From positions 1 to 41,255 of the forward strand of contig CALVRL010000003.1 in NCBI GenBank assembly GCA_944358625.1: DNA of 41,255 nt. Reading direction: 5' to 3'. Origin of the DNA: an uncultured Bacilli bacterium. GTDB lineage: Bacteria; Bacillota_I; Bacilli_A; RF39; UBA660. Every line of letters starts with the position of its first letter. Positions within the stretch are counted from its first letter, which is position 1. The translations under genes were made by a program, and so were the position numbers. Positions 8,691 to 18,919 of this stretch are shown piece by piece. The notes beneath the pieces are model-generated. The model was not told the DNA's origin and did not search any database. It saw nothing but the letters and a program-made list of their open reading frames with translations.

Positions 8691-9389
8691 ATGAAAAAAG
8701 TATTATATTTATTTGCAGCTTTGGTTTTACTTACTGGATGTAGCTGTACGGCTAATATGGGTAATACTCCGACTAAAAAGGTTGAAGAATACTTGAATAA
8801 ATATCAGACTAATGATGATGATGTCTTAACTGATTTAGATGAAGTATTAACTAATGATATTAGTTTAACGGATGCGGAAAGAAGTAATTATAGTGATTTT
8901 ATGAAAACTCATTACCGTGATATGCAGTATGAAATAAAAGATGAAACTATCGATGGTGATAGCGCTACTGTGAATGCAGAAATAACGGTTAGAAGTTATG
9001 CAGATGCTGTAAATGAAGCTAATGATTATAGATTAAATCATGCAGATGAGTTTGATAGTGAAAACACTTTTGCTAACTATAGATTAGATAGATTAAAAGA
9101 GGTTACTGATACAGAAACTTATACTATTACTTTTCATTTAACTAAAGATAATGAAGAGTGGAAAATCGATGATTTATCTGATGATGATTTAAGAAAAATT
9201 AGTGGACTTTATGGTGTTACTGATGTCAACGCTATAAATGACGGTGCTGATACAACCACTGATGATGGTAAAACTGATAATAATGATAATGGTATTGTCG
9301 GTGACGCTATAGATGATATTTCTGATGGTATTCAAGATACTGCTGATGATATTGTTGATGGAGTAGACGATACGAATAAAAATAATTAA
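8691..9389 (+). CDS. Lipoprotein with acidic low-complexity C-terminal tail
   Basis: MKKVLYLFAALVLLTGC lipobox; RBS GAGGAGG before ATG 8691; D/N-rich tail. Confidence 0.8.
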   Translation: MKKVLYLFAALVLLTGCSCTANMGNTPTKKVEEYLNKYQTNDDDVLTDLDEVLTNDISLTDAERSNYSDFMKTHYRDMQYEIKDETIDGDSATVNAEITVRSYADAVNEANDYRLNHADEFDSENTFANYRLDRLKEVTDTETYTITFHLTKDNEEWKIDDLSDDDLRKISGLYGVTDVNAINDGADTTTDDGKTDNNDNGIVGDAIDDISDGIQDTADDIVDGVDDTNKNN

Positions 9390-9394
9390 GTGGA

Positions 9395-9422
9395 CATATT
9401 TTCCACTTTTTTTGTATATATT
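9395..9422 (+). promoter_or_regulatory. SigE-like promoter of dacB-spmAB, overlapping the upstream terminator hairpin
   Basis: CATATT-N14-TATATATT resembles the SigE consensus; dacB-spmAB is SigE-dependent in B. subtilis. Confidence 0.5.
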
Positions 9423-9437
9423 TTTTTAGGTGATAGT

Positions 9438-10511
9438 GTGAAAAAATTAATTTTTTTATTAATTTTGTTTTTACCTTTTAAAGTTTTTGCTTATGAAACT
9501 AATGCGAAAGCATTTATTTTGATGGATATGGATAGTGGAAGGGTAATTGCTGGTAAGGATGTTCATTACGTGCAAAGTGTGGCTTCTATATCTAAAATTA
9601 TGACGGCTATTGTTGCTATTGAAAATAGTGATATAAATAAGACTATTACTGTTGGTGATGAGGTATTAAAAGCATATGGTTCGGGCATTTATATTCGGGT
9701 TGGTGAAAAACTTAGAATTAAAGATTTACTTTATGGTCTTATGCTTAGAAGTGGTAACGATGCGGCTTTAGCTATTTCTGTTGCTGTTAGTAATGATGTT
9801 GATAGTTTTGTTAAACTTATGAATGAAAAGGCTAAAGAAATTGGTATGAAGGATACTACTTTTAATAATCCTAGTGGTTTGGATGAGGAAAATGGTAATT
9901 TTTCTTCTGCTTATGATATGGCTTTGCTTATGAGTTATGCGATGAAAAATGAAGTGTTTAGAAAAATTACGAGTACTAAAGATTATACTTTGAAAACTAA
10001 TAAAAATGTTTATAAATGGCATAATAAAAATAAGCTTTTGTCTACTTATAAATATACTACTGGTGGTAAGACTGGTTATACAAAGATAGCTAAAAGAACA
10101 TTAGTGACAAGTGCGAGTAAAGATGATGTAAATTTGTCGGTTGTTACTATTAATGATGGTGATGATTTTAATGATCATAAAAATTTATATGAAGAGGCTT
10201 TTAATGAATATGCTTCTTATAGTATTTTAAATAAGGGTTTTATTAATATAATTGGTGAAGATTATTATAAGAATGATTTACTTTATTTGAAAAATAATTT
10301 TAAATATTTGCTTAGGGAAGATGAAAAGGATATTTTAAAATTAAAATATGAGATTAATAAACTAAAGAAATATAAAAGTGGTGATAAAACTGGGGTAGTT
10401 AAGGTTTATTTGGGAGATAGTTTAATTCATAAAGAAGATATTTTCGTAAAAAAGGGTAAAGAGAAAAAAAGTTTTTGGGATAAAATAATTAGTTTTTTTA
10501 AAAATGATTAA
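9438..10511 (+). CDS. dacB: D-alanyl-D-alanine carboxypeptidase (DacB, peptidase S11)
   Basis: SISK, SGN, KTG motifs; signal peptide from GTG 9438 (RBS AGGTGA); upstream of spmAB. Confidence 0.9.
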   Translation: MKKLIFLLILFLPFKVFAYETNAKAFILMDMDSGRVIAGKDVHYVQSVASISKIMTAIVAIENSDINKTITVGDEVLKAYGSGIYIRVGEKLRIKDLLYGLMLRSGNDAALAISVAVSNDVDSFVKLMNEKAKEIGMKDTTFNNPSGLDEENGNFSSAYDMALLMSYAMKNEVFRKITSTKDYTLKTNKNVYKWHNKNKLLSTYKYTTGGKTGYTKIAKRTLVTSASKDDVNLSVVTINDGDDFNDHKNLYEEAFNEYASYSILNKGFINIIGEDYYKNDLLYLKNNFKYLLREDEKDILKLKYEINKLKKYKSGDKTGVVKVYLGDSLIHKEDIFVKKGKEKKSFWDKIISFFKND

Positions 10512-11079
10512 TAAACTTTGGATTTCTTTAATTGTTATTGGCTCTTTATTTCTTATTTTTACTGGTAATGCTTCTATTTTGAATGAACAAATTCTTTCTT
10601 CTGGGAAGGCAACTTTGGAACTTGTAATGCAAATTTTTCCTTTGGTTTCTTTATGGCTTGGTATTATGAATATTGCAAAGGATTCGGGTTTACTTGATAG
10701 ATTATCTCATTTTATTTATCCTTTATTACATAAAATTTTTCCTCTAATTCCTAAAGGTCATGAATCTTTGGGTTATATTTCTTCTAATATAATTGCGAAT
10801 ATGTTTGGACTTGGTAATGCGGCTACGCCTTTTGGGTTAAAGGCTATGAAATCTTTAAATGATTTAAATAAAAATAAAGATGAAGCTAGTGATAGTATGG
10901 TTACTTTTATAATTATTAATACTTGTGGTCTTTGTGTTATTCCTACTACGATTATTTCTTTAAGAATGCTTTATGGTAGTAAAGATCCTTCTTCTATTAT
11001 GATTCCTTGTTTTTTGATTAGTTTTATTTCTCTTTTGTTTGGGCTTTTAATTGATAGAATATGGAGGCATCATAAATGA
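10504..11079 (+). CDS. spmA: Spore maturation protein A
   Basis: NIIANMFGLGNAATPFGLKAM, IPTTII motifs; operon context. Confidence 0.95.
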   Translation: MINKLWISLIVIGSLFLIFTGNASILNEQILSSGKATLELVMQIFPLVSLWLGIMNIAKDSGLLDRLSHFIYPLLHKIFPLIPKGHESLGYISSNIIANMFGLGNAATPFGLKAMKSLNDLNKNKDEASDSMVTFIIINTCGLCVIPTTIISLRMLYGSKDPSSIMIPCFLISFISLLFGLLIDRIWRHHK

Positions 11080-11591
11080 ATATATCTAGTTTATTTATTC
11101 CTATTATAGTTTTGGTGGTTATAATATATGGTGCTTATAAAAAAATAAATGTCTATGATAGTTTTGTAAATGGGGCTAAAGAAGGGCTTCCTATGGCTAT
11201 TTCAATGTTTTTTTCTTTACTTGCAATGATATTTGGGGTGAATATATTTTTAAAAAGTGGGGTTATTGATTATTTTTTGTCTTTTTTGAAACCTTTTTTG
11301 ATTTTGATAAATGTACCTTTTGAAGTTTTGCCTGTTGCTATTATGAGACCTTTTTCTGGTAGTTTTGGCTTGGCCTTGCTTAATGATATTTATAAGGTTT
11401 ATGGACCTGATAGTTATATTAGTGTTTTGGCTTCTATTATTCAAGGTTCTAGTGATACTACTTTGTATGTTATTACTTTGTATTTTGGAACTATAGGTAT
11501 TAAAAAAATCAAACATGCTTTGTGGGTTGGGTTACTTGCGGATTTATTTATGGTTATAATGGCTTTAATTATTGTTCCCTTGTTTTTTTAA
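11076..11591 (+). CDS. spmB: Spore maturation protein B
   Basis: YDSFVNGAKEG, MRPFSGS, QGSSDTTLYVITLYFG. Confidence 0.95.
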   Translation: MNISSLFIPIIVLVVIIYGAYKKINVYDSFVNGAKEGLPMAISMFFSLLAMIFGVNIFLKSGVIDYFLSFLKPFLILINVPFEVLPVAIMRPFSGSFGLALLNDIYKVYGPDSYISVLASIIQGSSDTTLYVITLYFGTIGIKKIKHALWVGLLADLFMVIMALIIVPLFF

Positions 11592-11612
11592 CTCTTATTT
11601 TGTATAATTTTA

Positions 11613-12347
11613 ATGGTGGTTTTGATGGAAAGATTACAAAAAATTATTGCGAATAGTGGGTACTGTTCTAGGAGAAAAGCTGAAGAGCTGATTTTAAATG
11701 GTAAGGTTAAGGTAAATGGTGAGGTTGTTAATACTTTAGGTTCTAAAGCTAGTTATAATGATACTATAGTTATTAATGGCGTTACTTTGAAATTAGAAAA
11801 TAAAGAGTATATTTTACTTTATAAACCTAGGGGAGTTTTATCTAGTGCACATGATGATAAGGGTAGAAAAACGGTTACGGATATTGTTGATAGTTTAAAT
11901 AGGCTTTATCCTGTTGGTAGGTTAGATTATGATACTAGTGGACTTATTTTACTTACTAATGATGGTGAACTTACTAATTTACTTATTCATCCATCTCATG
12001 AGGTTGAGAAGGTTTATATTGCTAAAATAGATGATGTCGTTATCCCTAGTAAGGTTAAGTCTTTGGAAAAAGGTGTTATCATAGATGGGAAAAAAACTGG
12101 TAAAGCTAAAGTTAAAATTAAAAAAATTGATAAAAAGAAAAAATGTTCTATCATTGAGCTTACTATTTATGAAGGAAGAAATCATCAGGTTAAAAAAATG
12201 TTTGAAGCTATTGGATATTATGTTTCTAAGTTAAAAAGAGAAAGGTTTTCGTTTTTGACTTTGGATGGGCTTAAATCTGGTGAATATAGACATTTGAATA
12301 TTAAAGAGGTTAAAAAATTATATGCAGTATGTAAAAATGTAAAATAG
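11613..12347 (+). CDS. rluB: 23S rRNA pseudouridine synthase RluB
   Basis: S4 domain ERLQK..SRRKAE; YPVGRLDYDTSGLILLTNDG; EGRNHQVK; follows spmB as in Bacillus. Start may be ATG 11625. Confidence 0.9.
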   Translation: MVVLMERLQKIIANSGYCSRRKAEELILNGKVKVNGEVVNTLGSKASYNDTIVINGVTLKLENKEYILLYKPRGVLSSAHDDKGRKTVTDIVDSLNRLYPVGRLDYDTSGLILLTNDGELTNLLIHPSHEVEKVYIAKIDDVVIPSKVKSLEKGVIIDGKKTGKAKVKIKKIDKKKKCSIIELTIYEGRNHQVKKMFEAIGYYVSKLKRERFSFLTLDGLKSGEYRHLNIKEVKKLYAVCKNVK

Positions 12348-12420
12348 CTGTAATTTGGTTTGAGCTTGTTTTGCTTTTTGATTTTAAATATAGTATACTG
12401 TAATTAAAAGGAGGCTTTTT

Positions 12421-13335
12421 ATGAACAAAGATATTGAAAAACTAGCACATTTAATTTATGAGGCTTGTCATACTTTAGATGAAATTGAAAGAGAAGAAAT
12501 TATAAATGATATTAAGCGGTTACCTAAAAGTTTGTTTGGTATGGTAGAATCTACAGATACTTTTAGAGATTATATCGAAAATTATTTAAATAAGGAAGTT
12601 AATAATTATCACTCTGAAGTTGTTAGTAATTATGTAAATGTGGAAACTCCAAGTTTAATAGGAAATAGTGCTTGTAATAATTCATATGATATGGTTGTTA
12701 ATTTGTTAATAGAATATCCTAATCTTGCTAAAGTAATTAGAAGTGTTGAAATTAAAGAAAATAAGTCATTATTAGAATTAGGTAAAGAGCGTGGAAAAAA
12801 ATTTAAGGATAAGTATAAACAAGATAAAGGTCTTTCTTTATTACATGAAGCGGAAATTACTCAATTAAACTATTATAAAAACGAGGCTAGTTTAAAAGCT
12901 GAAAAAGAGGATTTGCAAAGACGTAAGCAGGAATTACATTTTTTGGTTTCTAATGGTGAGATAAGTAAATCAGAATATATGAAACAGAATAATATTTTGA
13001 ATGTAGAAATTGAGAGCACGGATGTTGCATTAAATGCTAGAGAGGCTCATTTTAATTTTAATTATTGTAATTTATATAATCAGGCTTCTATTTTGTCGGG
13101 GAATGAGACTATTTATGATAGAGATACGGTGATGGATTATAATTATGAATCACAAAGATTAATGGCACAATCAAATTTTATGGGGTATAGAGTACTTTTT
13201 GCTAAAGGTGAAATTAGTGAAAAAGAGCTCATTGATGCTCAAAGAGTGTGTCAAACAAGAATTGAAAAAATTGATAAAAATCAACAAATATGGATAGAGT
13301 CTGAACAAAATAAAAAAGCTCATAAAAGTAAGTAG
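12421..13335 (+). CDS. Hypothetical protein (helical/coiled-coil)
   Basis: 304-aa ORF with strong RBS AAGGAGG and its own TTGATT..TATACT promoter; no family recognised. Confidence 0.75.
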   Translation: MNKDIEKLAHLIYEACHTLDEIEREEIINDIKRLPKSLFGMVESTDTFRDYIENYLNKEVNNYHSEVVSNYVNVETPSLIGNSACNNSYDMVVNLLIEYPNLAKVIRSVEIKENKSLLELGKERGKKFKDKYKQDKGLSLLHEAEITQLNYYKNEASLKAEKEDLQRRKQELHFLVSNGEISKSEYMKQNNILNVEIESTDVALNAREAHFNFNYCNLYNQASILSGNETIYDRDTVMDYNYESQRLMAQSNFMGYRVLFAKGEISEKELIDAQRVCQTRIEKIDKNQQIWIESEQNKKAHKSK

Positions 13336-13368
13336 AAATGAACTCCATTTTAAAGGAGTTCATTTTTT
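13336..13368. terminator. Probable bidirectional terminator
   Basis: AAATGAACTCC-N8-GGAGTTCATTT between convergent genes. Confidence 0.75.
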
Positions 13369-14109
13369 AATTTTGATTTTTACTAATTTATGATCACTTA
13401 TATTATTGTCTATGACATCTATATTTTCAATATTAAAGTCTATTGGAATAAATATATGGTCTGGAGTTTTGAAATTATATGATATTTTAAAGGGGTTTAC
13501 AGGTGGTTTAAATGTTTTTTCTTTTATAGGAACTAATTTACAGTTTTTAGTGTTCATGTATTTTATAAAATCTATGAAAATGTTGCTATCTGTATTTAAA
13601 TTAAAATCTCCTACTAAAATAATAGGGTAGTTATTTGCTTCAATTATTTGTTTTAAATAAATTAATTGTATTTTTCTCGCATGATTTGATAGGTGATCTA
13701 AATGAGTGTTTATAATAGTAAATGTTTGATTTTCTTTTGTTACGGTTGTAACTGTAGCAATTCTAGGAAATATAGATAGAAAGCTTCTTTTCCCCAATTT
13801 GTTTATATCTTTGGATAATGAGTGGGTTTGAGTTTTTAAGATGTTTAAATTAGTGATGATGGAGTTATTTTCTCCAAAGTGGTTATACCAAGGACTTTTT
13901 TCTTTAAATCTATTTTGACCTGTAAATTTATAATTGGGTATATATTTTTGTAATTTGGTTTGATAGTTATCGGTTAATTCTTGAAGACAAATTATATCTG
14001 GTTTTTCTTCTTTTATTAATTTACTAAAGATTTTTGGGCTGTTTTTTCCATCATAATTTTTGATATAAACTTTATTTTGAATATTAAAATTTATTATTGT
14101 TAGTTCCAT
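13360..14109 (-). CDS. Endonuclease/exonuclease/phosphatase (EEP) family protein
   Basis: NFNI, DIICLQE, NTHLD, VGDFN, DHIF, SDH motifs. Confidence 0.92.
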   Translation of the reverse strand: MELTIINFNIQNKVYIKNYDGKNSPKIFSKLIKEEKPDIICLQELTDNYQTKLQKYIPNYKFTGQNRFKEKSPWYNHFGENNSIITNLNILKTQTHSLSKDINKLGKRSFLSIFPRIATVTTVTKENQTFTIINTHLDHLSNHARKIQLIYLKQIIEANNYPIILVGDFNLNTDSNIFIDFIKYMNTKNCKLVPIKEKTFKPPVNPFKISYNFKTPDHIFIPIDFNIENIDVIDNNISDHKLVKIKIKK

Positions 14110-14142
14110 ATTTTTACTCTCTTTCTATACAAAAAGAAAACT

Positions 14143-14331
14143 TTAATTGTTTTCTTCAATTTCAATGGCTTCTGTTGGACAACCTTCTGCAGCCATTTTT
14201 ACGTCATCATTTACTTCATCTTTAATTACTTTAGCTAATCCGTCATCATCAAAGTCAAATACTTCTGGACAAGTAGCTGTACATGCACCGCATCCGATAC
14301 ATTTATCTTTTTCTACTGTTACTTTCGCCAT
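14143..14331 (-). CDS. fer: Ferredoxin (single Fe-S cluster)
   Basis: CIGCGACTATCP...GCPTEAI; RBS GGAGG. Confidence 0.93.
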   Translation of the reverse strand: MAKVTVEKDKCIGCGACTATCPEVFDFDDDGLAKVIKDEVNDDVKMAAEGCPTEAIEIEENN

Positions 14332-14428
14332 TTTTTATACCTCCATAAAAATTATAAATAAAAAAAATTTAAAAAGCAAGTCTTACCTTTTAAAAAGTGA
14401 CAAAATATGATATTATTAATAATAAGAG

Positions 14429-15223
14429 GTGGTACGGGTGGCATCTAGGATGGAGAGATATTATCAAACTGAAAAAGAGGGTAATACAAGAACTAAACGT
14501 AATACAAAACTTTATAATAGTATTTATTCTTATGGTAAATATAGTAATATTGAGGGTATTGCATCTATTGATAATACTAATGAAATAGATATTACTAAGG
14601 TTAAAAAAATGCTTGAAACTAGGGAAAAATATCAAGCTGAAAGAAGATTTAGAAGATTAACTGATGGGGGTAAAGAACCTAAAGAGTTGCCTAGAATTCA
14701 GAAGAGATATGATAATGAAGATAGAACTTATGATATTATGGATGTTTTGTCTAAAGCTAAAGAAAATAAAGAACCTGACGATAAAGAAAGAGTACTTAGT
14801 GAAACTAGTTATGATGTTTTGAAAAATCTTCATTTAAAAAGAAAAGAAAAATCTTATGATGATGATTCTTCTGATTTGGTTAAGACTATTTCTAATACGG
14901 CAATGCTTAATAAGATGGATGATGCTGATTTGGCAGCTTCGATGTTTAGTGATTTACAAGGCTCTAATGAAGATACAAAAGTTAGTAATGTTAAGGATAT
15001 TAAAGAATACATAAAGGAAAATAAATCTTTAGAAAAAGAAAATACTATGGATAATTCTTTCTTTACTTCTAATATAAAACTTAAGAAGAAAGATTTTGTT
15101 AATTATGATGAGGATGAGAAAAAAAGTGGTTCTTTATTAAAAACTATCTTTGTGACTATTTTAATTTTAGGTATTATTGGGGTTATTGGAGTTTTGGTTA
15201 TTCAAAAACTTGGACTTTTTTGA
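14429..15223 (+). CDS. Hypothetical C-terminally membrane-anchored protein
   Basis: Charged cytoplasmic body (ASRMERYY start region) with one C-terminal TM helix; start may be GTG 14438. Confidence 0.75.
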   Translation: MVRVASRMERYYQTEKEGNTRTKRNTKLYNSIYSYGKYSNIEGIASIDNTNEIDITKVKKMLETREKYQAERRFRRLTDGGKEPKELPRIQKRYDNEDRTYDIMDVLSKAKENKEPDDKERVLSETSYDVLKNLHLKRKEKSYDDDSSDLVKTISNTAMLNKMDDADLAASMFSDLQGSNEDTKVSNVKDIKEYIKENKSLEKENTMDNSFFTSNIKLKKKDFVNYDEDEKKSGSLLKTIFVTILILGIIGVIGVLVIQKLGLF

Positions 15224-16276
15224 GATTAAAAATGTTATTAGTGGTAATATAAAGCATGTTAAATAGAGTATATATATTAATTCATTTTTAAAATAGGCAT
15301 TTGAACTTCCGGCTGTTTTGAATATGATTTGGGTTAATATGATTATGATTAAACAAGTAACTATTGAAATTGTGTTATTTGTTTTTTCTTTTACTTTGAA
15401 TACTTCTTTTAATCCTTCTTTGATAAAATATAATCCCATAATTATTTGGACAAATAAAGCTAAAAACCATTCGAGTGATAAGATACTTTCTATTCTATCT
15501 ATAATATCCAAAACGCTTACTCTTTTTAATAGGTGAAAACTAGGATAATGATATAATTCTGCTAGATGGATACCAAAAATACTGATAGTTAGGAATATTA
15601 CATTTAAAAGTGATAGAGTACTTATAAAATAAAATAGATAACTTTTTTTTGATGAGTAGTTTTTAATTTTATTTTTAGGAATAATGTTTAAGAGGAATAG
15701 GGGGAGGATATTAAATCCTATAAAATAAAATGATGATATTAAAATATTTTCCTTACTATTATTTAAAATGGGTTTTATATTATCTATGTTTACATTTCCT
15801 ACTAAACCTATTAATATAATTATGATAAATATTAAGGATGTAAAAAACATGATAAGACTTACTTTACTGAATACATGAAATTTTTTTGTAATAGTATATA
15901 AAACTGGTAATATCAATATTATTATGATGAAGATAGTTGGTGTTTTGTAAAGATACTGTGAATCTATAAAGTTTGTTACTATCCAAAAACTGGAGAGTGT
16001 AAATATAAAAATTCCGGCTATTGATATTAAATTGAGTAGAGTGCCTATTTTACCTAGTTTTTGATTTATGGTTATTATGTTTTCGTTTGGATATTTATTT
16101 TTTAATTTATTATATAAGGTAAAGGGAATTAAGCCTATAAATATGGCTAGAAGAATACTTATCCATGAGTCTTGATGGGATTTTGATAATATAAGTTCAC
16201 AGGTTATTTCGATAAATGTGGCTCTTGTTAAAAACCATAAAATAGTGTTATATTCTAGTGAACTTATTTTTTTCAT
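15167..16276 (-). CDS. gerKB: Spore germination receptor subunit B (GerAB/KB family)
   Basis: APC-like polytopic membrane protein; QDSWISI, KTP, NIKP, YP...IDRIES. Confidence 0.85.
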   Translation of the reverse strand: MKKISSLEYNTILWFLTRATFIEITCELILSKSHQDSWISILLAIFIGLIPFTLYNKLKNKYPNENIITINQKLGKIGTLLNLISIAGIFIFTLSSFWIVTNFIDSQYLYKTPTIFIIIILILPVLYTITKKFHVFSKVSLIMFFTSLIFIIIILIGLVGNVNIDNIKPILNNSKENILISSFYFIGFNILPLFLLNIIPKNKIKNYSSKKSYLFYFISTLSLLNVIFLTISIFGIHLAELYHYPSFHLLKRVSVLDIIDRIESILSLEWFLALFVQIIMGLYFIKEGLKEVFKVKEKTNNTISIVTCLIIIILTQIIFKTAGSSNAYFKNELIYILYLTCFILPLITFLISKKSKFLNNQNSNNPNNT

Positions 16277-17442
16277 GATTTTTCCCCCTTAATCGTCTTA
16301 TTTAATGAGCCTGTTTTGTTTATATTTAAATTTGTGTTTATTTTAACATTTAAGTTTGGAAAATATACATCATTCCAATTCTTTTTTATTTTTTCCCATG
16401 TTTTAGGATCTTGTTTATATATTTTATTTCCAAATCCAAAGATATCTGATTTGTATTTTTCTTGTATTTTTTTTATTGTTTTATTTAATTTTTCTTTTAA
16501 CTCTTTATTCCAAGCTTTTTCTATTTTTTCTATTTCTTTATAGTCTTCGATATCGATATTATTTATATTATATATATTTCCTGTTCCACTTATATTTATT
16601 TCAATATTTTGAGTGTCTTTTATTTTTATTTTGGATTTTAGGTTGCTGGCTTCTATACTTATGTCTTCGTTTTTGTATTTTACGTTTGTGTTTGTTTCTT
16701 TTGCTTCATTTTTAATAATATTTATAGCCCAGCTTTCTTCTTCTTTTGTAAAGCCTTTTAATTTGTCATTTTTGAAGATGGCTAGTGGTCCTAGTGCTAG
16801 AAAAGTGTCAGGTTCTGTTGTTTCTAGGTTTTTTTCGTTGCTTCCTTTTTTTACGCTTCCTTTAATTGTTATGGATGGTAAGACGGGTTCTATTCCTTCT
16901 TCTAGTATTTGACTTATAAAATTACTGTATGTTACTGATGTGGCTACGGCTTTACTTTCGGAGTTTGATTCTATTAATGTGGCTATACTTTGAGATGGGA
17001 ATGATTCTAAAGGTGAGACTATTTTTAATATATTTTTGGCACTTACGTCTTTGGCTTCTAGTAGGTAAAATTTTTTTCTTGTTTGTGGATTTCTAATTAA
17101 CCAATCGGCTATTTTTAAAAATCCTTCTTTGGCTATATCTTCTGATATTATGACGACGTTTATGTGACCTAGATATAGTTCTTTTGGCACTATTTGTTCT
17201 ATTTTTTTAGCTGCTTCTGCTATAGTTTTACCTTCACTTGAGTATACTGTTGTTTTGGCTTCTCCTTCTTTTGATGATGTTTGGGCTTTTGGTGAGTTTG
17301 CTATTAAAAAACTTAATTCGTAGTTATCTTCTTTTTTATCGAAAGCGACGGCTGTTACTATTGATAGATTATTTAACTCTTTATATCCGGCGCATCCGGT
17401 TAGGGTTATGGTTATTAATAATATTAAAATTATTTTTTTCAT
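16273..17442 (-). CDS. gerKC: Spore germination receptor subunit C, Ger(x)C lipoprotein
   Basis: LTGC lipobox, ELNNLSIVTAVAFD, LYLGH, DIFGFG. Confidence 0.92.
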   Translation of the reverse strand: MKKIILILLITITLTGCAGYKELNNLSIVTAVAFDKKEDNYELSFLIANSPKAQTSSKEGEAKTTVYSSEGKTIAEAAKKIEQIVPKELYLGHINVVIISEDIAKEGFLKIADWLIRNPQTRKKFYLLEAKDVSAKNILKIVSPLESFPSQSIATLIESNSESKAVATSVTYSNFISQILEEGIEPVLPSITIKGSVKKGSNEKNLETTEPDTFLALGPLAIFKNDKLKGFTKEEESWAINIIKNEAKETNTNVKYKNEDISIEASNLKSKIKIKDTQNIEINISGTGNIYNINNIDIEDYKEIEKIEKAWNKELKEKLNKTIKKIQEKYKSDIFGFGNKIYKQDPKTWEKIKKNWNDVYFPNLNVKINTNLNINKTGSLNKTIKGEKS

Positions 17443-18899
17443 TTTGTCCTCCTTTGTCTATGAGGGTTTAATGTACTGATGTATTTTGGTCTTGTTATTA
17501 ATTTGTCTTCTTCAGCATGATAGATAGTGTTTAATTGTTCTTCTTTGTAAAATGGGGCAAATGGGGCTAGAAAACTGGTGTTTAGATTTTCTAGGGACGC
17601 TAGTTTGATAAGCCATATTATAGCGAATGATAGTATTCCTATTATTCCTAAGAAACTAGCGGCTAATATGAAAATAAAACGCCACGCTCTAATACCATTC
17701 ATAAAGTCAATATCTGTAAATATTAGACTACATATCGAAGTGAATGCGACAACAATTACGGTAATTGGTGAGACTATTCCGGCGTCTACGGCGGCTTGAC
17801 CTAGTACTAAAGCTCCTACTATACTCATGGCTGCTGACATGCTATTTGGACTTCTGATATCACTTTCTCTTAGTATTTCAAATATTGCGGTTAATAATAT
17901 TATTTCAAATGTGGTTGGAAAGGGGACTCCTTCTCTTTGTATTGCTAGAGAGATTAATAGCTTATCTGGTATGGTGTTTTGATCATATGTTGTTATTGCT
18001 ATATATATAGCTGGTGTAAATACTGTTATTATAAGTGCGATTACTCTTAAAACTCTTGTAAATGTTATATTTCCTGCTTTTTGATATTCGTCTTCTGATG
18101 TGTGAAGGTAGTCGATAAATACGGTTGGAAGGATTAATGTAAATGGGCAGTTTTCGACGAATATTACTATTTTTCCTTCTAGTAGGGCTTGGCTTACGAC
18201 ATCTGGCCTTTCTGTGCTATGGATTTGTGGGAAAATTGATTTTTGTTTTATTAGATAATCTCTAATATTTCCACTATCTAATACGCCGTCTATGTCTATT
18301 TTATTTAATCTTTCTTTTATTTTTTTAAATTTTTGGGGATCAGCTATACCGTTTATATAAGCTATGCTTATTCTTGTTTTTGTCCTTCTTCCTAGTTTTA
18401 ATTCGTCAAACCATAGATTTGGGTCTTTGATTCTTTTTCTAATTAATCCTAGATTTTTGGAATGGCTTTCGGTGAAACTATCTTTTGAACCTCTTAAAAT
18501 GGGCTCGCTTGATGATTCGGTTACCCCTCTATCTAATTGGGCTCTGGTTTCCATGACTATTGCTTTATCGCTATCATCTACTGTTATTATTGTAAAACCA
18601 CTTGATAGGTAATATGGAAATTCGTTAAAATCGTTTATGATAAATAACTGACTATTAAATAAATTGTTTTTTAAGGCTTCAAAGATATTTTGAAAGATGT
18701 TTTTATTTTCTTTTGTGTATAATGTTCCTTTTATTATAAAATCACTTACTGTTGAAGCTTGCGCGGAACTTTCTAAAAAAATAATACCGACGTTTTTTCC
18801 TTTTATATTTATGATTCTTGAATTTACGTCTGGACTATTTCCATATAAGGTTTTTACTTTTTGCACTATTTTTTTAGCGTTTTTTTCTATTTTTTCCAT
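17439..18899 (-). CDS. gerKA: Spore germination receptor subunit A
   Basis: RGSKDSFTE, LIRKRIK, TERPD, QREGVPFP, EILRE, SIVGALVLGQAAVDAG; A-C-B order as in gerK operons. Confidence 0.93.
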   Translation of the reverse strand: MEKIEKNAKKIVQKVKTLYGNSPDVNSRIINIKGKNVGIIFLESSAQASTVSDFIIKGTLYTKENKNIFQNIFEALKNNLFNSQLFIINDFNEFPYYLSSGFTIITVDDSDKAIVMETRAQLDRGVTESSSEPILRGSKDSFTESHSKNLGLIRKRIKDPNLWFDELKLGRRTKTRISIAYINGIADPQKFKKIKERLNKIDIDGVLDSGNIRDYLIKQKSIFPQIHSTERPDVVSQALLEGKIVIFVENCPFTLILPTVFIDYLHTSEDEYQKAGNITFTRVLRVIALIITVFTPAIYIAITTYDQNTIPDKLLISLAIQREGVPFPTTFEIILLTAIFEILRESDIRSPNSMSAAMSIVGALVLGQAAVDAGIVSPITVIVVAFTSICSLIFTDIDFMNGIRAWRFIFILAASFLGIIGILSFAIIWLIKLASLENLNTSFLAPFAPFYKEEQLNTIYHAEEDKLITRPKYISTLNPHRQRRTK

Positions 18900-18919
18900 A
18901 ATATCCCTGCTTTCTTTTA

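Noticed and set aside
13360-14109. Alternative genetic code (UGA=Trp) as in Mycoplasma
   Set aside because: TGA ends several genes correctly (4746, 13360, 15223, 23967, 25382) and Trp is encoded by TGG, so code 11 fits.
15167-15223. 57-bp convergent overlap between the tail-anchored protein gene and gerKB
   Set aside because: The gerKB tail is low-complexity (NNQNSNNPNNT), consistent with stop-codon drift in a compact genome.
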